Assembly: GCF_022045235.1 (NCBI RefSeq)
Contig: NW_027266266.1
Span: 186,001-250,000, forward strand
Direction: 5' to 3'
DNA length: 64,000 nt
DNA from: Haliotis cracherodii
Taxonomy: Eukaryota
Numbering within the stretch: position 1 is the first letter of the stretch; each line of letters opens with the position of its first letter. The notes under the pieces are model-generated. The model searched no databases. It worked only from the letters and a program-made list of their open reading frames with translations, and was not told the DNA's origin. Positions 45,852-59,585 of this stretch are shown in pieces. The position numbers and the translations under genes were made by a program.

Positions 45852-47162
45852 ATGATCAGAAGGAAGCTCTATGCCCTGTTTGCCCTGCTGATTCTGTGTT
45901 TCTCCTACAAGCTGTATGTAGAACTTACCACCCTCCTGGTACACGAGGACACCCCCCCAGGGAGTAGAAGACACGTGGCTGATGACGTCAGACAACCTAA
46001 ACAACACCCTTGCTTCTCCGACATCCGTGGCAAGAAGAAGTTCCACTGTCAAGAACTAGTCCGCGGCAGGGGATTCCACGCGTTCGCCAACCAGAGCCTC
46101 TCCAACAAACGACTCCACCAAGAGCAAGACTGTGATTTCCTAGTCGCTGTACAAGACTGTGAGTCACTAAGAGAACAACACGGTTACCTGGATAAACCGG
46201 TGGCGCCGAAGGAGAAGCACTTCGCCATTGCATACACTATAAAGGTGCATAAATACCCGCGCCAGGTGGAACAACTACTGCGGAACATCTATCGACCACA
46301 CAACGTCTACTGTGTTCACGTCGACGGGTCGTCGCGGCGGTTGTTTCAAGTCATGAAACAGCTGTCGGAATGTTTTCATAACGTAATCGTTATTCAAAAG
46401 ATAAATGTGGTGTATTTTTCCATAGGCCTGTTACAGACGGACCTTGTGTGTATGGAGGAACTGCTCAAGTCCAACATACGGTGGAAGTATTATATCAATT
46501 TGGCAGGGCAGGAATTCCCTCTGAAAACAAATTTGGAAATAGTAGAAATTTTACAAGCCTTGAATGGAACTAACGATATCGAGGCGTATCCCTTTCCCGA
46601 CTTCATCAAGTCTCGGTACTTGACCCATAAGTACATAGAAAATGGCGTCCTCAAAAGGTCCCACATTCCTAAAGAGCCGTTTAAGCACAACATAACGTTT
46701 TACAAAGGAAGCATGTACGGTATGTTTTCTAGAAAGTTTGTTGAGTTTGTGATGACAAGTGAGATCGCAAGGGACTTTGTTCTCTGGCTCAACGACACCT
46801 TCGCCCCGGAGGAGATGATGTGGGGCACGCTGAACGCTCTGCCCGACGCCCCAGGGGGCTACAGCGTGGTGGTGGACCACAAGAAAGGGGGGTTCCTGTC
46901 GAGGGCGATGGTGTGGAAGGATGACGAGGACGTCTGTGAGGGCGAGTACGTCCACGGTGTGTGTGTGTTCAGCTTCAGGGACCTGCCCTGGTTGAGTCGC
47001 AGACCGGAAGTGGTGGCTAACAAGGTGGACCTTCAGAAGGACCAGGTGGTCATCGACTGTCTGGAGGAGGCGCTGCAGGCCAGGGCGTACACGGGGAACA
47101 CCTCCACCCTCGACTGGACGTTCTATAACGCAGCTCCACATATGCACATACACAGAAACTAG
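45852..47162 (+). CDS. Beta-1,6-N-acetylglucosaminyltransferase (core-2/I-branching, GT14, GCNT1-like), 436 aa, single coding exon
   Basis: Acceptor TTTCAG at 45843 then ACCACCATG. Type II TM segment. Motifs IAYTIKVHK, LLRNIYRPHNVYCVHVD, WKYYINLAGQEFPLKTN, YKGS, PEE..W, C.G.YVHGVCVF, ANK. Confidence 0.92.
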   Translation: MIRRKLYALFALLILCFSYKLYVELTTLLVHEDTPPGSRRHVADDVRQPKQHPCFSDIRGKKKFHCQELVRGRGFHAFANQSLSNKRLHQEQDCDFLVAVQDCESLREQHGYLDKPVAPKEKHFAIAYTIKVHKYPRQVEQLLRNIYRPHNVYCVHVDGSSRRLFQVMKQLSECFHNVIVIQKINVVYFSIGLLQTDLVCMEELLKSNIRWKYYINLAGQEFPLKTNLEIVEILQALNGTNDIEAYPFPDFIKSRYLTHKYIENGVLKRSHIPKEPFKHNITFYKGSMYGMFSRKFVEFVMTSEIARDFVLWLNDTFAPEEMMWGTLNALPDAPGGYSVVVDHKKGGFLSRAMVWKDDEDVCEGEYVHGVCVFSFRDLPWLSRRPEVVANKVDLQKDQVVIDCLEEALQARAYTGNTSTLDWTFYNAAPHMHIHRN

Positions 47163-48472
47163 GCAGGTGTTTTCATTACTTATTTATGAGTCCTTAGTAA
47201 AACTTTCAAGAGCAGACGTGAGGAGGACGTCTTCAAATTTGACGCATCACTGACAAAAATAATGCAATTCTCATTTGTTACAAAGACACAATTAACACTT
47301 GCCTTTGCATGTGTTTGTGACGGAGGCCACTGTTGAGTCCGGGTCCGCTCACCTTTTCGTGAACATCTGATATCCTGATATCGTTACTATTTGATAGTGA
47401 TTTATTTTATTTAATTGTTAAATTGTTGTTTAACGCCGCACTCAGCAATATTCCAGCTATATGACGGCGACTTGTAAATAATCGAGTCTGTACCAGACAA
47501 TCCAATGATTACCGTCATGAGCATCGATCCACGCAATTGGGATCGATGACATGCATCAACCAAGTCATAGAGTCTGACCCGAACCCGTTAGTCGCCTCTT
47601 ACGACAAGCATAGTGGCCTTTTACGGCAAGTATGGGTTGCTGAAGACCTATTCCACCCCGGATCTTCCTGGGGCGATAGTAATTCATAAACGCAAGCTGA
47701 TGGTATACTGGGAATCATCGTACAATGTACAATGGTTTCTTGTGATTGTGGTAAAGGATTTGTCGCTTTTACTTCTTTAGATAAAAACCGCGGTTGTGCA
47801 GTCGTGATATATCTGAAGGTATGGGTGGAGTGCGGGGCGTGGCACGAGGACACCCCCGTGCATTGTGAGACAGGCTGGTGACGGTGACGGTGACGGTGAC
47901 GGTGTGCAGCACGCGCTGGACTCACCTGGAGGGGTAGTCGTGGTAAACTCACTCACTCACTCACTCACTCTCCACACACTTGGAGACTTGGAACCAGTAT
48001 CATATGTAGTGGAAATATATAAATACAGGTTGTAGCAATTAAGAACTCTTGATATGTATCCATTTCTTTTTAAAAATAAACACTTCAATGATTTGCACAG
48101 GACAGCAGTGTTGTAGTCAAGGGCAGGTTGAAGATAGTATGGACAGAGACAAGGATTCTGCTTATTTTGTTTTCTATTTATTCAGCATTTGTAACATCAA
48201 TAATCAAAAAATTCAAATGTTTATATCATATTTTGATATTAATAATTAATAATTAAGGAAGAGAATTTATAAAAGAACGTTTTGGAGTATATACCTGATG
48301 AAGTATAAGTATATACTCCGAAACGTTGTTTTCCTCATAATAAGTTGACATCCATAAAAGCTGTTCCTTATGTGTATCACTACTAAACGCCTTTCAAAGA
48401 CTTGATATTAACCAATATTTGTATCAGATCGGTATATATAACGACGTTAAATAATTGTTTATTCTGATGTAT

Positions 48473-48622
48473 AGAGGTTATCACGCGAGTGTGTTAGGGG
48501 ATGGTATATCCTGCATTAGGAATAAACATTGTATTTAGCGAGCCTTGGCGAGCTTAATACATAGTGTTTATTCCTAATACAGGATATTTACCATCCCCAA
48601 ACACACAAGCGTGATAACCTCT
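48473..48622. repeat. ~150-bp imperfect palindrome, probably the end of a non-autonomous transposon
   Basis: AGAGGTTATCACGC...GCGTGATAACCTCT arms around a GAGCCTTGGCGAG centre. Confidence 0.7.
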
Positions 48623-50167
48623 TTATCATATAATGTCATTCTTTAATTCTGTGCTTCAAAATCGCTTTCCCTCTCTCACAAACATTACCGAAACATTGCG
48701 AGTTTCCCTGGAATGCGCGCATTAATATTTATTACGTCACAGGGTAAGTGATGTGTCAGTCGGATAGTGACAGTAGCCAATATAGTTCCAACTGAAATCT
48801 GTTTCTTATACAGTGGCGAAGCAACAGATACGCAAAACAACAGTTGTTTTTAATTGCCTTTCGCGGCAATCCACCGGTCTGTCCGCTAGAGTAACTGCCC
48901 TTTGTCAAAGGGAAGCTATGATGGTTAATTCTGACTCGATCGGATATCGTTTTTATCCGTTGGCTTTATCCTGCGCAGAAACCTACCCATTATATGATAA
49001 AAAATAGATATCAGTTGATTCGGACCTTCTACAACGTGCTGATTACCTGTGGTAGTGATTCGAGCTGATGGAACTCGTATCAATGCGTACTAGATTCGTA
49101 TGGTCTCATAACCATCTGTGTTGATAACGATACGAGATAATAACCAAATTACATTTGCTACAGGTCTAATAGAATATAGCATTCCCTGTGACAAGAATCA
49201 GAGTTATCACTTAACTATCAACGTCCCGTATAGTACAATACAATCGTGACTAGACTCGTCTCTACGTTTTCATTTAACTCCAACACAAGTCAGGGATTCT
49301 AGAGTGATAGACTATGAAGACGTTCTCACCCCAAACACAGCCAGCTGAGAATCACCAACATTTCTGTAATTACACACGAGATCACAATACGTCGAGATCT
49401 TTATACAAGAGTTGAGACCTCAGTTTCACGGCTTCCACAGGACGGTATAGTCTACACGAGTATAATCCCTATGTTTTCCTGGAAGCTCTGCTGTGACCAG
49501 GTGATAGTGTTACGATGTGCTTTCCAAATATCAACCCAGGCATCGGAGTGAGTGAGTATTGTTTTACGCCGTTTTAGCAATATTTCAGCAATATGACGTC
49601 GGGGGACACCGGAAATGGGCTTCACACATTGTACCCGCGTGGGGAATCGAGCCCGGGTCTCCGGCGTGACGAGCGAACGACTTAACCGCTAGGCTATTCC
49701 CCCCAGACATGGGGACGTCCAGGACTAAATGGGGAAATGATTAAATGACCTCACACGATGACTGAATGGTGAGTAAATACATCTGCTAGCACCGCTAGGT
49801 AAGCAACAATAAACCATTTTGAGGACGACAACTGCTTTCAACTGTTTTAATTTGTTTCAGTTTTACAATAAAAATAAACGCCATGGGAGGGGTGAAATGT
49901 GTGACAGCTATTATAAGTAACAGGCCCTATAATATAAGTTCCTGCACTCGCGAATGACCAGAATCTGGTCACTTTTAATTGTGAATCGGGAAGAGTGTTG
50001 CCTGCGTTTGGCAAGTAGATCAGATGCCTCGTGTCGACCTCGCCTCACGCTTGTACAGACACAGCCACCTGCCACATCGCGGAACTTACCGTAGATCTGT
50101 GTTTGTCAACAACCAAGGGAGGCAACTCCATATCTGTCGCAACAGCTCTTGTTATTGTACGAGCGTT

Positions 50168-50710
50168 TCAATCTGTCAACAATCTGTACTGTCACACTCA
50201 CAGCAATTTTTACTACCACACAAACAGGAACTTTTACTACCACATACACAACAATCTCTGTTGCCACATAGACAACAACGTCTATTGCCACATACACAAC
50301 AATCTCTATTGTCACATACATAACAATGTCTATTTCCATATACACAACAATCTCTATTGCCACATACACAACAATCTCTATTGTCACATACATAACAATC
50401 TCTATTGCCATATACACAACAATCTCTATTGCCATATACACAACAATCTCTATTGCCACATACACAACAATCTCTATTGCCACATACACAACAATCTCTA
50501 TTGTCACATACATAACAATCTCTATTGTCACATACATAACAATCTCTATTGCCATATACACAACAATCTCTATTGCCACATACACAACAATCTCTATTGT
50601 CACATACACAACAATCTCTATTGCCATATACACAACAATCTCTATTGCCACATACACAACAATCTCTATTGCCACATAGACAACAATCTCTATTGCCATA
50701 TACACAGCAA
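50168..50710. repeat. 24-bp minisatellite
   Basis: Unit CACATACACAACAATCTCTATTG(C/T). Confidence 0.9.
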
Positions 50711-53700
50711 TCATGGCTCTGACGTCATGTATGTTTTGTTTGGCGGAAATAAGACCACAGCTACTGACTCCATGACGCTGAATTATTTTAAAGGTCAGAC
50801 ATTTAGAAGGGAAGATAAACATACTAGCATTCCATGTTTCCACTCGAGTTACTCCTCTCTGATGGTAAACACAACTTATTTACATGACATACATCACGCG
50901 CACATTAACTACAAATACACATTCATTAGTCGCATATTTCCTGTTATCCAACGTTTACATCTCACGAAGGCAGACGGTGATATATGGCGTAGAGCAGATA
51001 GGTTATAAACTGACGATGGTATACATGTTGGATATACATCGATCACATGTCTGTTTCAGAAGTTCCAGACACCATGAAGCCACACCGCACCACGAGCGAG
51101 TGAGTGAGAATGTTTTTACGCCGCTTTTAGCAATATTCCAGCTATATCACGGCAGGGGACACCAGAAATGGGCTTCACACATTGTACCTATATCGGGAAT
51201 CGAACCCGACAACGCTTTAAACACTAGGCTACCCGACCGCCCCTTAACACAGAAGCTACAGGCTGGTATTGTGGACATTGTCAGGTCTGCACTGCACACA
51301 GACTGGAATACTTGATTTGTTGTCACAGCCAAGTACAATTTTCGCTTTCAAGAAACCCACGAAATCTGTTTGATAGGCACGGCTTAGAAGTTGACGGATG
51401 ACAAAGTAGACACAATTTATGGAAAAGAACTTCTTAATTTACGGTAAAGTAGACGTCTCGGTGTAGATCCTTATACCGTTGTCAAACCTATACCGAAACG
51501 CCGCCTTTACAGTAAATGAAGAAGTTCTTTTCCATAAACTGTGTCTAATTTGCCATAAAAAGGGTGATTGTTTGGACAGTTTGACTCTCAGCGCACATGA
51601 AATCCGTCCGCCTTTACATGCTTCATATACCTACAAGGTCGTGATTGGACTGGATTGCTACTAGAACCCGCAACAATAAGCTCATACCTAATTGAAAAAA
51701 GTCATTCGTGACCCGGGATATATTTAGCCGGTATCGGCCGGGTGTATCCAGGCGTCATGTTGTGACTTATACCCGCAATCCCTCGACAGACTTAGGCGGA
51801 TACACAACTGTGTGTGACGTCTCACCTAATCAGCAGATTTCTCCCTCTACCAGTTCCCGAATCACAAGTCAAGGTAAGAGTCAAGTTGTTGTGACTTGGC
51901 ACGCACACGGGTAGAACACCCCACCTGTCAGTACCCGCCACCTGTACCCGGTCATGAAGCAGTCTGTCACTTGGCCATGGGTGGTAGACATAGTCGCACT
52001 ACACGCCAGCACCCTGGGAGTCTAATACGGTCCCTCAGCGTCCAAACCCCACCCGACATACCCGTGAAGGGGGTGACGAGATCGAACTCTCAGAGTAGTT
52101 CAAGGTCAGTCTATTGAAATGTGCCTTTATTGTTGAAACCCTCCGTCCACCCTCTCTTTGTATACAGCATGACACAATATCTATATTAAGACTCCTCTTT
52201 GTTGTAAGTATTGTGGACCACACGCGCCAAATCCTGGGCTTTCTGTGTCCCGGTCACTCTGGACCCAGTTCAGATTAGAAAGTATTGCCCAGCGAGAACA
52301 TCAGCGTGGCCTGAGGTCACCAAAGCGGAAACAATTGCAGTGGCTGTTTGCGCGGCATATCGACATGAAGCTCGATGACCTTGTCAGCTGATCGGGGAAG
52401 GTCAGGCCGATACGTCTAGATTCTCCGTAACGATTCATTCCCTTGGCGGTGAAGTAGGTTTACTTATTCTCTTACTGATGTGTAACAGCCGCATCACGTC
52501 TAGGGACTGACGACGAATACTTGGAGAGGTTCAGGGGATTTACTGTGTCTGTTCAATCTGGCATATGGAGATCCCAACACAATGTGGTGTAATGTGTATA
52601 AGGCTGATAATACCCTATACAAAATAAGGTGGAATTAGATTACAAGAATCTATAAGTATACAGACGTATTATTACATTTACTATATACCGTGAGCATCAA
52701 TGTACGCATATGTTACACAATACAATAAGAACAACCATCAGTATATTATTACACCACAAATCCCATTTATATGGCACAATACACATCAAAATATAACAAT
52801 ATGTACATATAACTATTAGCACACAAATACCAACCTCGTCCTTGGGACACAGGCACATCACGGCGAAGACAACAGAGACGCTCTATACTTATTCCCAATA
52901 ATAAAATGACATAATTGTGTAAGATGTATATTATACGTACATGGACATGCTTTCTCTCTGCCTCCATCTCACACTCACAGAGTAGTAGATGCACTACATC
53001 AGTACATATTTACCAGTACTATTCATTTAACTGTGTACACAATAACCAGCTAACTCACACAAGACTTGGTCACTCAAATACTACTGTACAATATATTACT
53101 GACATCTGTAGCTGTATGCTAGAAATTATTGCTGAAAATAAACGTATTTCTAACAGCTACAGCTACAGCTACAAGCTATAAACAATACAAATTACTGAAG
53201 GCACCTTATAACAATATAGTAGTTCAACATACTAATTATATCATGTTCCAAATGGTTACTTAAGTCATTGCTAATCACAATGTATACTAATGTATCATGA
53301 AGAATAAATAATATATTTACAACTTTGCGTAGATTGTTGATATAACAGATATGCAATTAAAATGATAAAAGTATATTAACAAGACAAAAATACTAGATCC
53401 TAACTTCCTTATGATACATATAAATACTACAGAAGCATGATTAACTTTTCATGCAGAGTTGAAAGGCAGCAGTGACCAGAGGAGAGAAATATCGAAGTGT
53501 ATAAAGCTAAAAGCCTGGTCACATGCTACAGAAACACTAGAATAGGCAATCACTGGCCAAGCGGTGGCTGGACCATATCACAAAAGGCCTCACATAACTA
53601 CTTTACCTAAGGATGAGTAGAGAGTGCTCGGGACAGTTTAATACTAATGCTGATACGTCGTAAAACAATATTCATTCCTGTCAGTTTAAGGTTCTACAGC

Positions 53701-53744
53701 TGTACTCAAATAAATTATTTACCCAAGTTGAATCGTATGACATG

Positions 53745-54615
53745 TTCCCCTAGTGATTCACCTGTGTGATGCATTCCCCTAGTGATGAAGTTGTATGACT
53801 TATTCCCCTAGTGATGAAGTTGTATGACGTATTCCCCTAGTGATGAAGTTGTATGACTTATTACCCTAGTCATTCAGTTGTATGACGTATTTCCCTAGTG
53901 ATGAAGTTGTATGACCTATATTCCCCTAGTGATGAAGTTGTATGACGTATTCCCCTAGTGATGAAGTTGTATGACTTATTCCCCTAGTGATGAGGTTGTA
54001 TGACGTATGTTCCCCTAGTGATGAAGCTGTATGACGTATGTTCTCCTAGTGAAGAAGTTGTATGACGTCAATTCTCCTAGTAAAGAAGTTGTATGATGTA
54101 TATTCTCCTAGTGAAGAAGTTGTATGATGTTTACTCCTGGTGATGAAGTTGTATGACTTATTCCCCTAGTGATGAAGTTGTATGACGTATGTTCTCCTAG
54201 TGAAGAAGTTGTATGATGTTTACTCCTGGTGATGAAGTTGTATGACTTATTCCCGTAGTGAAGACGTTGTATGACGTCAATTCTCCTAGTAAAGAAGTTG
54301 TATGATGTATATTCTCCTAGTGAAGATGTTATATGATGTATATTCTCCTAGTGAAGAGGTTGTATGATTCATTCCCCCAGTGATGAAGTTGTATGACTCA
54401 TTCCCCCAGTGATGAAGTTGTGTGACTTATTCTCCCAGTGATGAAGTTGTATGACTTATTCCCCCGTGATGAAGTTGTATGACTTATTCCCCTAGTGATG
54501 AAGTTGTATGACTTATTCTCCTAGTGAAGAAGTTGTATGATGTTTACTCCTGGTGATGAAGTTGTATGACTTATTCCCCCAGTGATGCGCCTGTGTAACG
54601 TATTCCCCGAGTGAT
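53745..54615. repeat. ~30-bp diverged minisatellite
   Basis: Unit TTCCCCTAGTGATGAAGTTGTATGACTTA-like. Confidence 0.9.
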
Positions 54616-54944
54616 GCAGCCGGTGTTCGACTGTTTGCCCTGTTGTATGACGCGATCCGGACCTCCATATTCAAGGTGATCCTAACGCTTCATTAATCGT
54701 AGTCTAATTTAAAGTTGAGGAGGTATAGCAGTCCTATGCTCACGGTGTGGAACGAGTCCCTGTCGTTTAATGTGCAGGTGGATGGTCTGGGGTGTTGTTT
54801 ACGGGCAGGTTGTATTTACCCATAAAGAAATCCAATCTGTTCTCTCGTTGTGACCTATATCACTTCACCTTCCCATGCTGAGTATGTAGGGTGCTGAATA
54901 TATTCGACGTAGTCTTGTATCAATAGCAGTGTGTGTATGGACTC

Positions 54945-55525
54945 GATGGATGGATGGATGCATGGACGGCTGAGGGGGTCGTTGACGGCAATGGTGGGGT
55001 AGTTAGGTGTATGCTGGGTGGAATGGTCGGTGGATGAGTGAGATAATGGACAGGTGGGTGGATGGAAGATGGTGGATGAGGAAAGAAAAGGATGGGTGGT
55101 GGATGGTTTGAGATAGGTGGTGGGTGGTTTGATATTAGAGGTGAGTGGTTTGATATGAGTGGTGGGTGGTTTGAGATGGGTGGTGGGTGGTAGACAATGC
55201 AAGGATGATTGATGGAAGATGGCCTGATTGGTGGTTTGAGATGGGTGATGGGTGATTTGAGATGGGTGATGGGTGGTTGACAATGCATGGGTGATTGATG
55301 TTTGATGGACGATGGCCTGATGGGTGGTTTGAGATAGGTGGTGGGTGGTTGACAATGCAAGGATGATTGATGGACGATGGCCTGATGGGTGGTTTGAGAT
55401 GGGTAGTGGGTGGTTTGAGATAGGTGGTGGGTGGTTGACAATGCAAGGATGATTGATGGACGATGGCCTGATGGGTGGTTTGGGATGGTCGGTGGGTGGT
55501 GGGTGATTGACAATGCAAGGATTAT
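54945..55525. repeat. GT-rich degenerate tandem repeat
   Basis: Recurrent GGTGGGTGGTTTGAGAT and GACAATGCAAGGATGATTGATGG blocks. Confidence 0.8.
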
Positions 55526-56125
55526 TGATCCACAGAAATGCGGCTGAACGAGGTGTAGCTAGTCCCATGACTGGTTTTACTACCCATAATTCTGTGCTTT
55601 GGAGATTGAGTTCACACGTCACAACACATTCACTTGATAGACTTAACTTTATCGCTTTGGTGTGAAATGAACAACATCTCAACATTCATTAGTCCATTGA
55701 AAGGTAGATCTGTTCCAGATCTGTTAACTGAAACGATAAAAAAAGTCTCAAACGTAACCACACATCTTTTACCATGTCAACACGAGATGTATGTCTACAA
55801 TCTACAACTTGTGTATACAGACGTATTTATCAAAGGAAAAGAATAAAAACACTTTTCAGCGAATCCAATATTTGTGTATAAGTGTAACATCACTGAAACT
55901 GATCACCTAAACTCAGCTGTCATACAATGATCAACAGTTCTGTCCTGGCGAGTGTCACCCCGGTACTACTGGGCAATCTGATTGTCAAGGTAAGCTCTTG
56001 TCCATCAATGAATAATCAATCAATCAGCTGGCACCCTGTTCTATGTCACTCTGTTCTATCAAGCACTTCATATGGCACTGCCACTGACTCACTGACTCAC
56101 TGACTCTCACTGTTTCAGACCGGTC

Positions 56126-57290
56126 ATGGCGGAGTATCTGAAGGTGGGTGACATGCAGGAGGCGGTCATGGAGTGTCCTGTCTGCTCCTACGTGTTCGAC
56201 AGCGACGATCGTACTCCGAGACTGATGTCGTGCTGTGTCTCCTCCATCTGCTCAAGCTGCATCAACGACATCCTCTCCCGTGGAGGCAGCAACTGCATCG
56301 ACTGCCCCCTGTGTAGGACCAGCCATACCATAACGGAAGGGGTAGCCAGCTTCCCCTTGGAACGAGTCATGTTGAAGATGGTGGAGTATGTCAAGGTGCA
56401 GAAAGGCCACAAGTTCCCTTGCACTGGTTGCCCTGACGACAATCAAGCTGTGGCGCGCTGCAAGGACTGTGGTTTGTTCATGTGTGAGGATTGTCTGAAT
56501 GCCCATAAAAGGAATGGGGTGACACGTGACCACACAACCGTCAGCTTTCACGAACTAAGGAACCAGTCAATCCTGAGTTTTGGCACCAGTCACCACTGTG
56601 GGCAACACAAACTCAATCCCCTGCAGTTCTACTGCCGGAAGTGTGACAGGGCCATTTGCGTGTCGTGCACAGTGGTGGAGCATAAAGAGGTCAACGGACA
56701 CACCATCGTGTCCCTGGACGACATCTGCGACGAGAGGGCGTCCCAGGCAGACGCCGTGCTGACCTCCCTGGACGTGAGAATCAGGTTGCTAGGAGCTGAC
56801 ATTGAGACAATGAACAAAAAGAAAAAGATTCTTAACACTTCTAAGACGTCAGCGAAGAGACAGGTTGAGTCCACATTTGATGCTCTTATTGAGAGTCTGA
56901 AGCAGAGGAAGGTAATGTTGCTGACAGAGGTGGACACGAGATACGAGGTCCACAGTTCCGCCATCGACCAACGTCTGGACGAGACAAAATCACTGACATC
57001 ACGTGTTGCTTCAGCCTCGGAGTACATCAGGCACGTGCGCTCGAAGGCAGACGAGATTGAGTCGCTTCAGTTGTTTTCCCGGGTGAAGCAAGTTCTGGAT
57101 GGGATAGTCCACGAGAAGCCGGAAGCAGACGACTGGGAACGAAAGGGACTGGGATTTGACCCCACCTTTGCACGTGACGTGGACGAGCTCATTCAGCACA
57201 CGGGGGCAATCAAGACTGTGACCTTCATGAAAGACCAGACCACCTCAGGTGCCCAGACTCTGTATATTCAGCCCTCTGTTCCAGAAGAAG
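56126..57290 (+). CDS. TRIM-family E3 ligase (RING, B-box1, B-box2, coiled coil), first coding exon
   Basis: CPVC..PRLMSCC..ICSSC..CPLCR RING. CTGC..ARCKDC..MCEDCLNAH..H B-box1. CGQH..FYCRKC..ICVSC..H B-box2, then coiled coil. Acceptor at 56118, donor GTAAAT at 57291. Candidate next exon 57642-57727. Confidence 0.9.
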
Positions 57291-58570
57291 GTAAATGAGA
57301 AACATATAAGTAGAACTATGTATCCATGATTCAGGTGATAATCCTACTTATCTGAGGACGTCATACATAACCACAAAACGTGTTCACATTTGGAAACGTG
57401 ACATTTATAGTTTCTATGAGGATTTCAACATTAGTACATTTTGTTAACGTTGTGGGTAATTTCCTGTGGCTCTGTATCTGTTACTGAGAAGGATACAAGG
57501 TGCCAGGGCTCCGTTCCACAAAGTGATCTTGGCACTGAGACGATCGTAACTCCCATACTTTAACATAGACTTACGAGAGTCGTAGCGCTAAGATCGCTTT
57601 GTGGACCGGGGCTCTGGAGTAATAATGTTATCTGCTCTCAGGACATGGCGTCAGTGACGGCGGTCTGTACTCTAACACAACAATGATACAGACGATACCA
57701 TGCGGAGGCCTGCTCTCTACTACTTGGGTAATGCTTGCCGTCCGGGGCGACTTGATGCATCGGTGGTCAGGCTCCATGACTTGGTTGATTTCACATCATC
57801 GTACCCCGACAGACTGGGATGTTGCTCATAATATCCGTAAAAGGCGACTATGCTTGTCGTAAGAGGCGACTATGCTTGTCGTAAGAGGCGACTATGCTTG
57901 TCGCAAGAGGCGACTAACGGGATCGGGTGGTCGGCCAGGGTAGTTGACTTGGTTGATACATGACATCGTATCTCAATTGCGTGGATCGATGCTCGTGAAA
58001 TCAATCACTGAATTGTCTGGTCAAGACTTGATTAATTACAGACCGCAGTCATATAGCTGGACTATTGCTGACTGCGGCGTTAAACAACAACAAACAAACC
58101 AACAAACTAACATGATGCCGTAATACAGCTAATGTGCTGCTCACTGAGGCAACAAACAACATGTCTACGTGGCGATAACCTTCATTGCAACATGGACAAT
58201 AAGTTCAAATAATTTACTAACAAATTCCAAACATTCAGTCTGCTGTACACGCCTACAATTGCTGTACAAGTATGTGAATGTCATGTACATTTTCATATTT
58301 CCGGTGTATACTAACCGAATATGGTCGACAGGCCCGTGGTAAGTTATGTGTTGCCCTACTGTAGACAACATATTCAAAAAAGATGATATTACCGAACGTT
58401 AAGCATCTTCCCAAAACAAGAGTATCCACTAGCCTATATAAAAGCCTTGTTTCTTTGAAAAAACTAAACAGGATTAGTGGACACGCTTGCCTCGGGAAGA
58501 CATACGCGTGCAGAATGTGAATCACAACCTTAAAGTCGAGGAGATGTCTTCATGAATATATATTTAATTA

Positions 58571-58619
<49 letters not shown>

Positions 58620-59585
58620 ATATTTAATATATTTTTTAATTTCAGAATATATAAATGTATATTGAATTTTATATCAAGCAGTTACTTTTTTCCCGCTAGT
58701 ACATATGAGTAACCCCTGGACTATTTTGAAGAACACTTACAGACGAGCGTGTATCAGTGTACGTAGAGGGAAACAGGATGTTGTAGAGTCACCATGTTCC
58801 CAGATATAAGTGCCATTCACTTTCTCTTCCAGCAAAGAATCTGCAGAGTCACGTGACTGTGTGCGGCCACGTGACGGATGAGCGACAACCTTTCCATATG
58901 ACCAGTAAGTTGTTTAATTACTTGACACAACTAAGACGTGACTCTTGGCACGTCACCTTCATACGCATGGCTGGCTGTCTCTGTTCCACGCTGCATGCCT
59001 TACATCCGCCGCGTGGGGCTGTCGGGTAGCCTAGCTGGTGGTTAAAGCGTTCGCTCGTCACGCCGAAGACTTGGTCCGGGGTTGGGATAAGTCCGCTTGG
59101 GATAAGTTGGTGGTCTGGCTCTGAGACTTGGCGGATTGCTTCGCATCCTGTTCCGATTGCGTGGCTCATGCTTTCCCTCACTGGCTGACCAGATCCAAAC
59201 TCGATTATAGAAAGGAGGATATAGCTGTATATTGTTGATTGCGGCGTGTAGCAGATGTACTTACAATGATTTGAAATTTGAGCTGGTCTAACTGTAGATT
59301 TGACACCTCTTATTTGTTATTAGCTACAGTTGAACCAACTCAAATTTCCAACACAATCAATTTACCCTCATTCTACCATGACGACAAGAGCGATTTACAA
59401 ACAGCGTGCTTTCACAGGGCGAAATAACCCAGCTATGTCAGAACGCGCAGACAATGACTCACATAAAGTGACAAACATAAACAGATTACTTGAGTTCAAA
59501 ATTAATAATCATCAACCAATACCTTGCAACAAATCATACTGTAAACATAGGGGCGGGTGGGGTGGGGGGTGGGGGTGGGGCTGGG

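Noticed and set aside
50031-51008. His/Cys-rich NLYCHIHN ORF
   Set aside because: 24-bp minisatellite with no proper start or flanking domain.
53745-54615. GTGATGAA motif as a hammerhead or snoRNA box C array
   Set aside because: No CTGA core, GAAA partner or box D; plain minisatellite.
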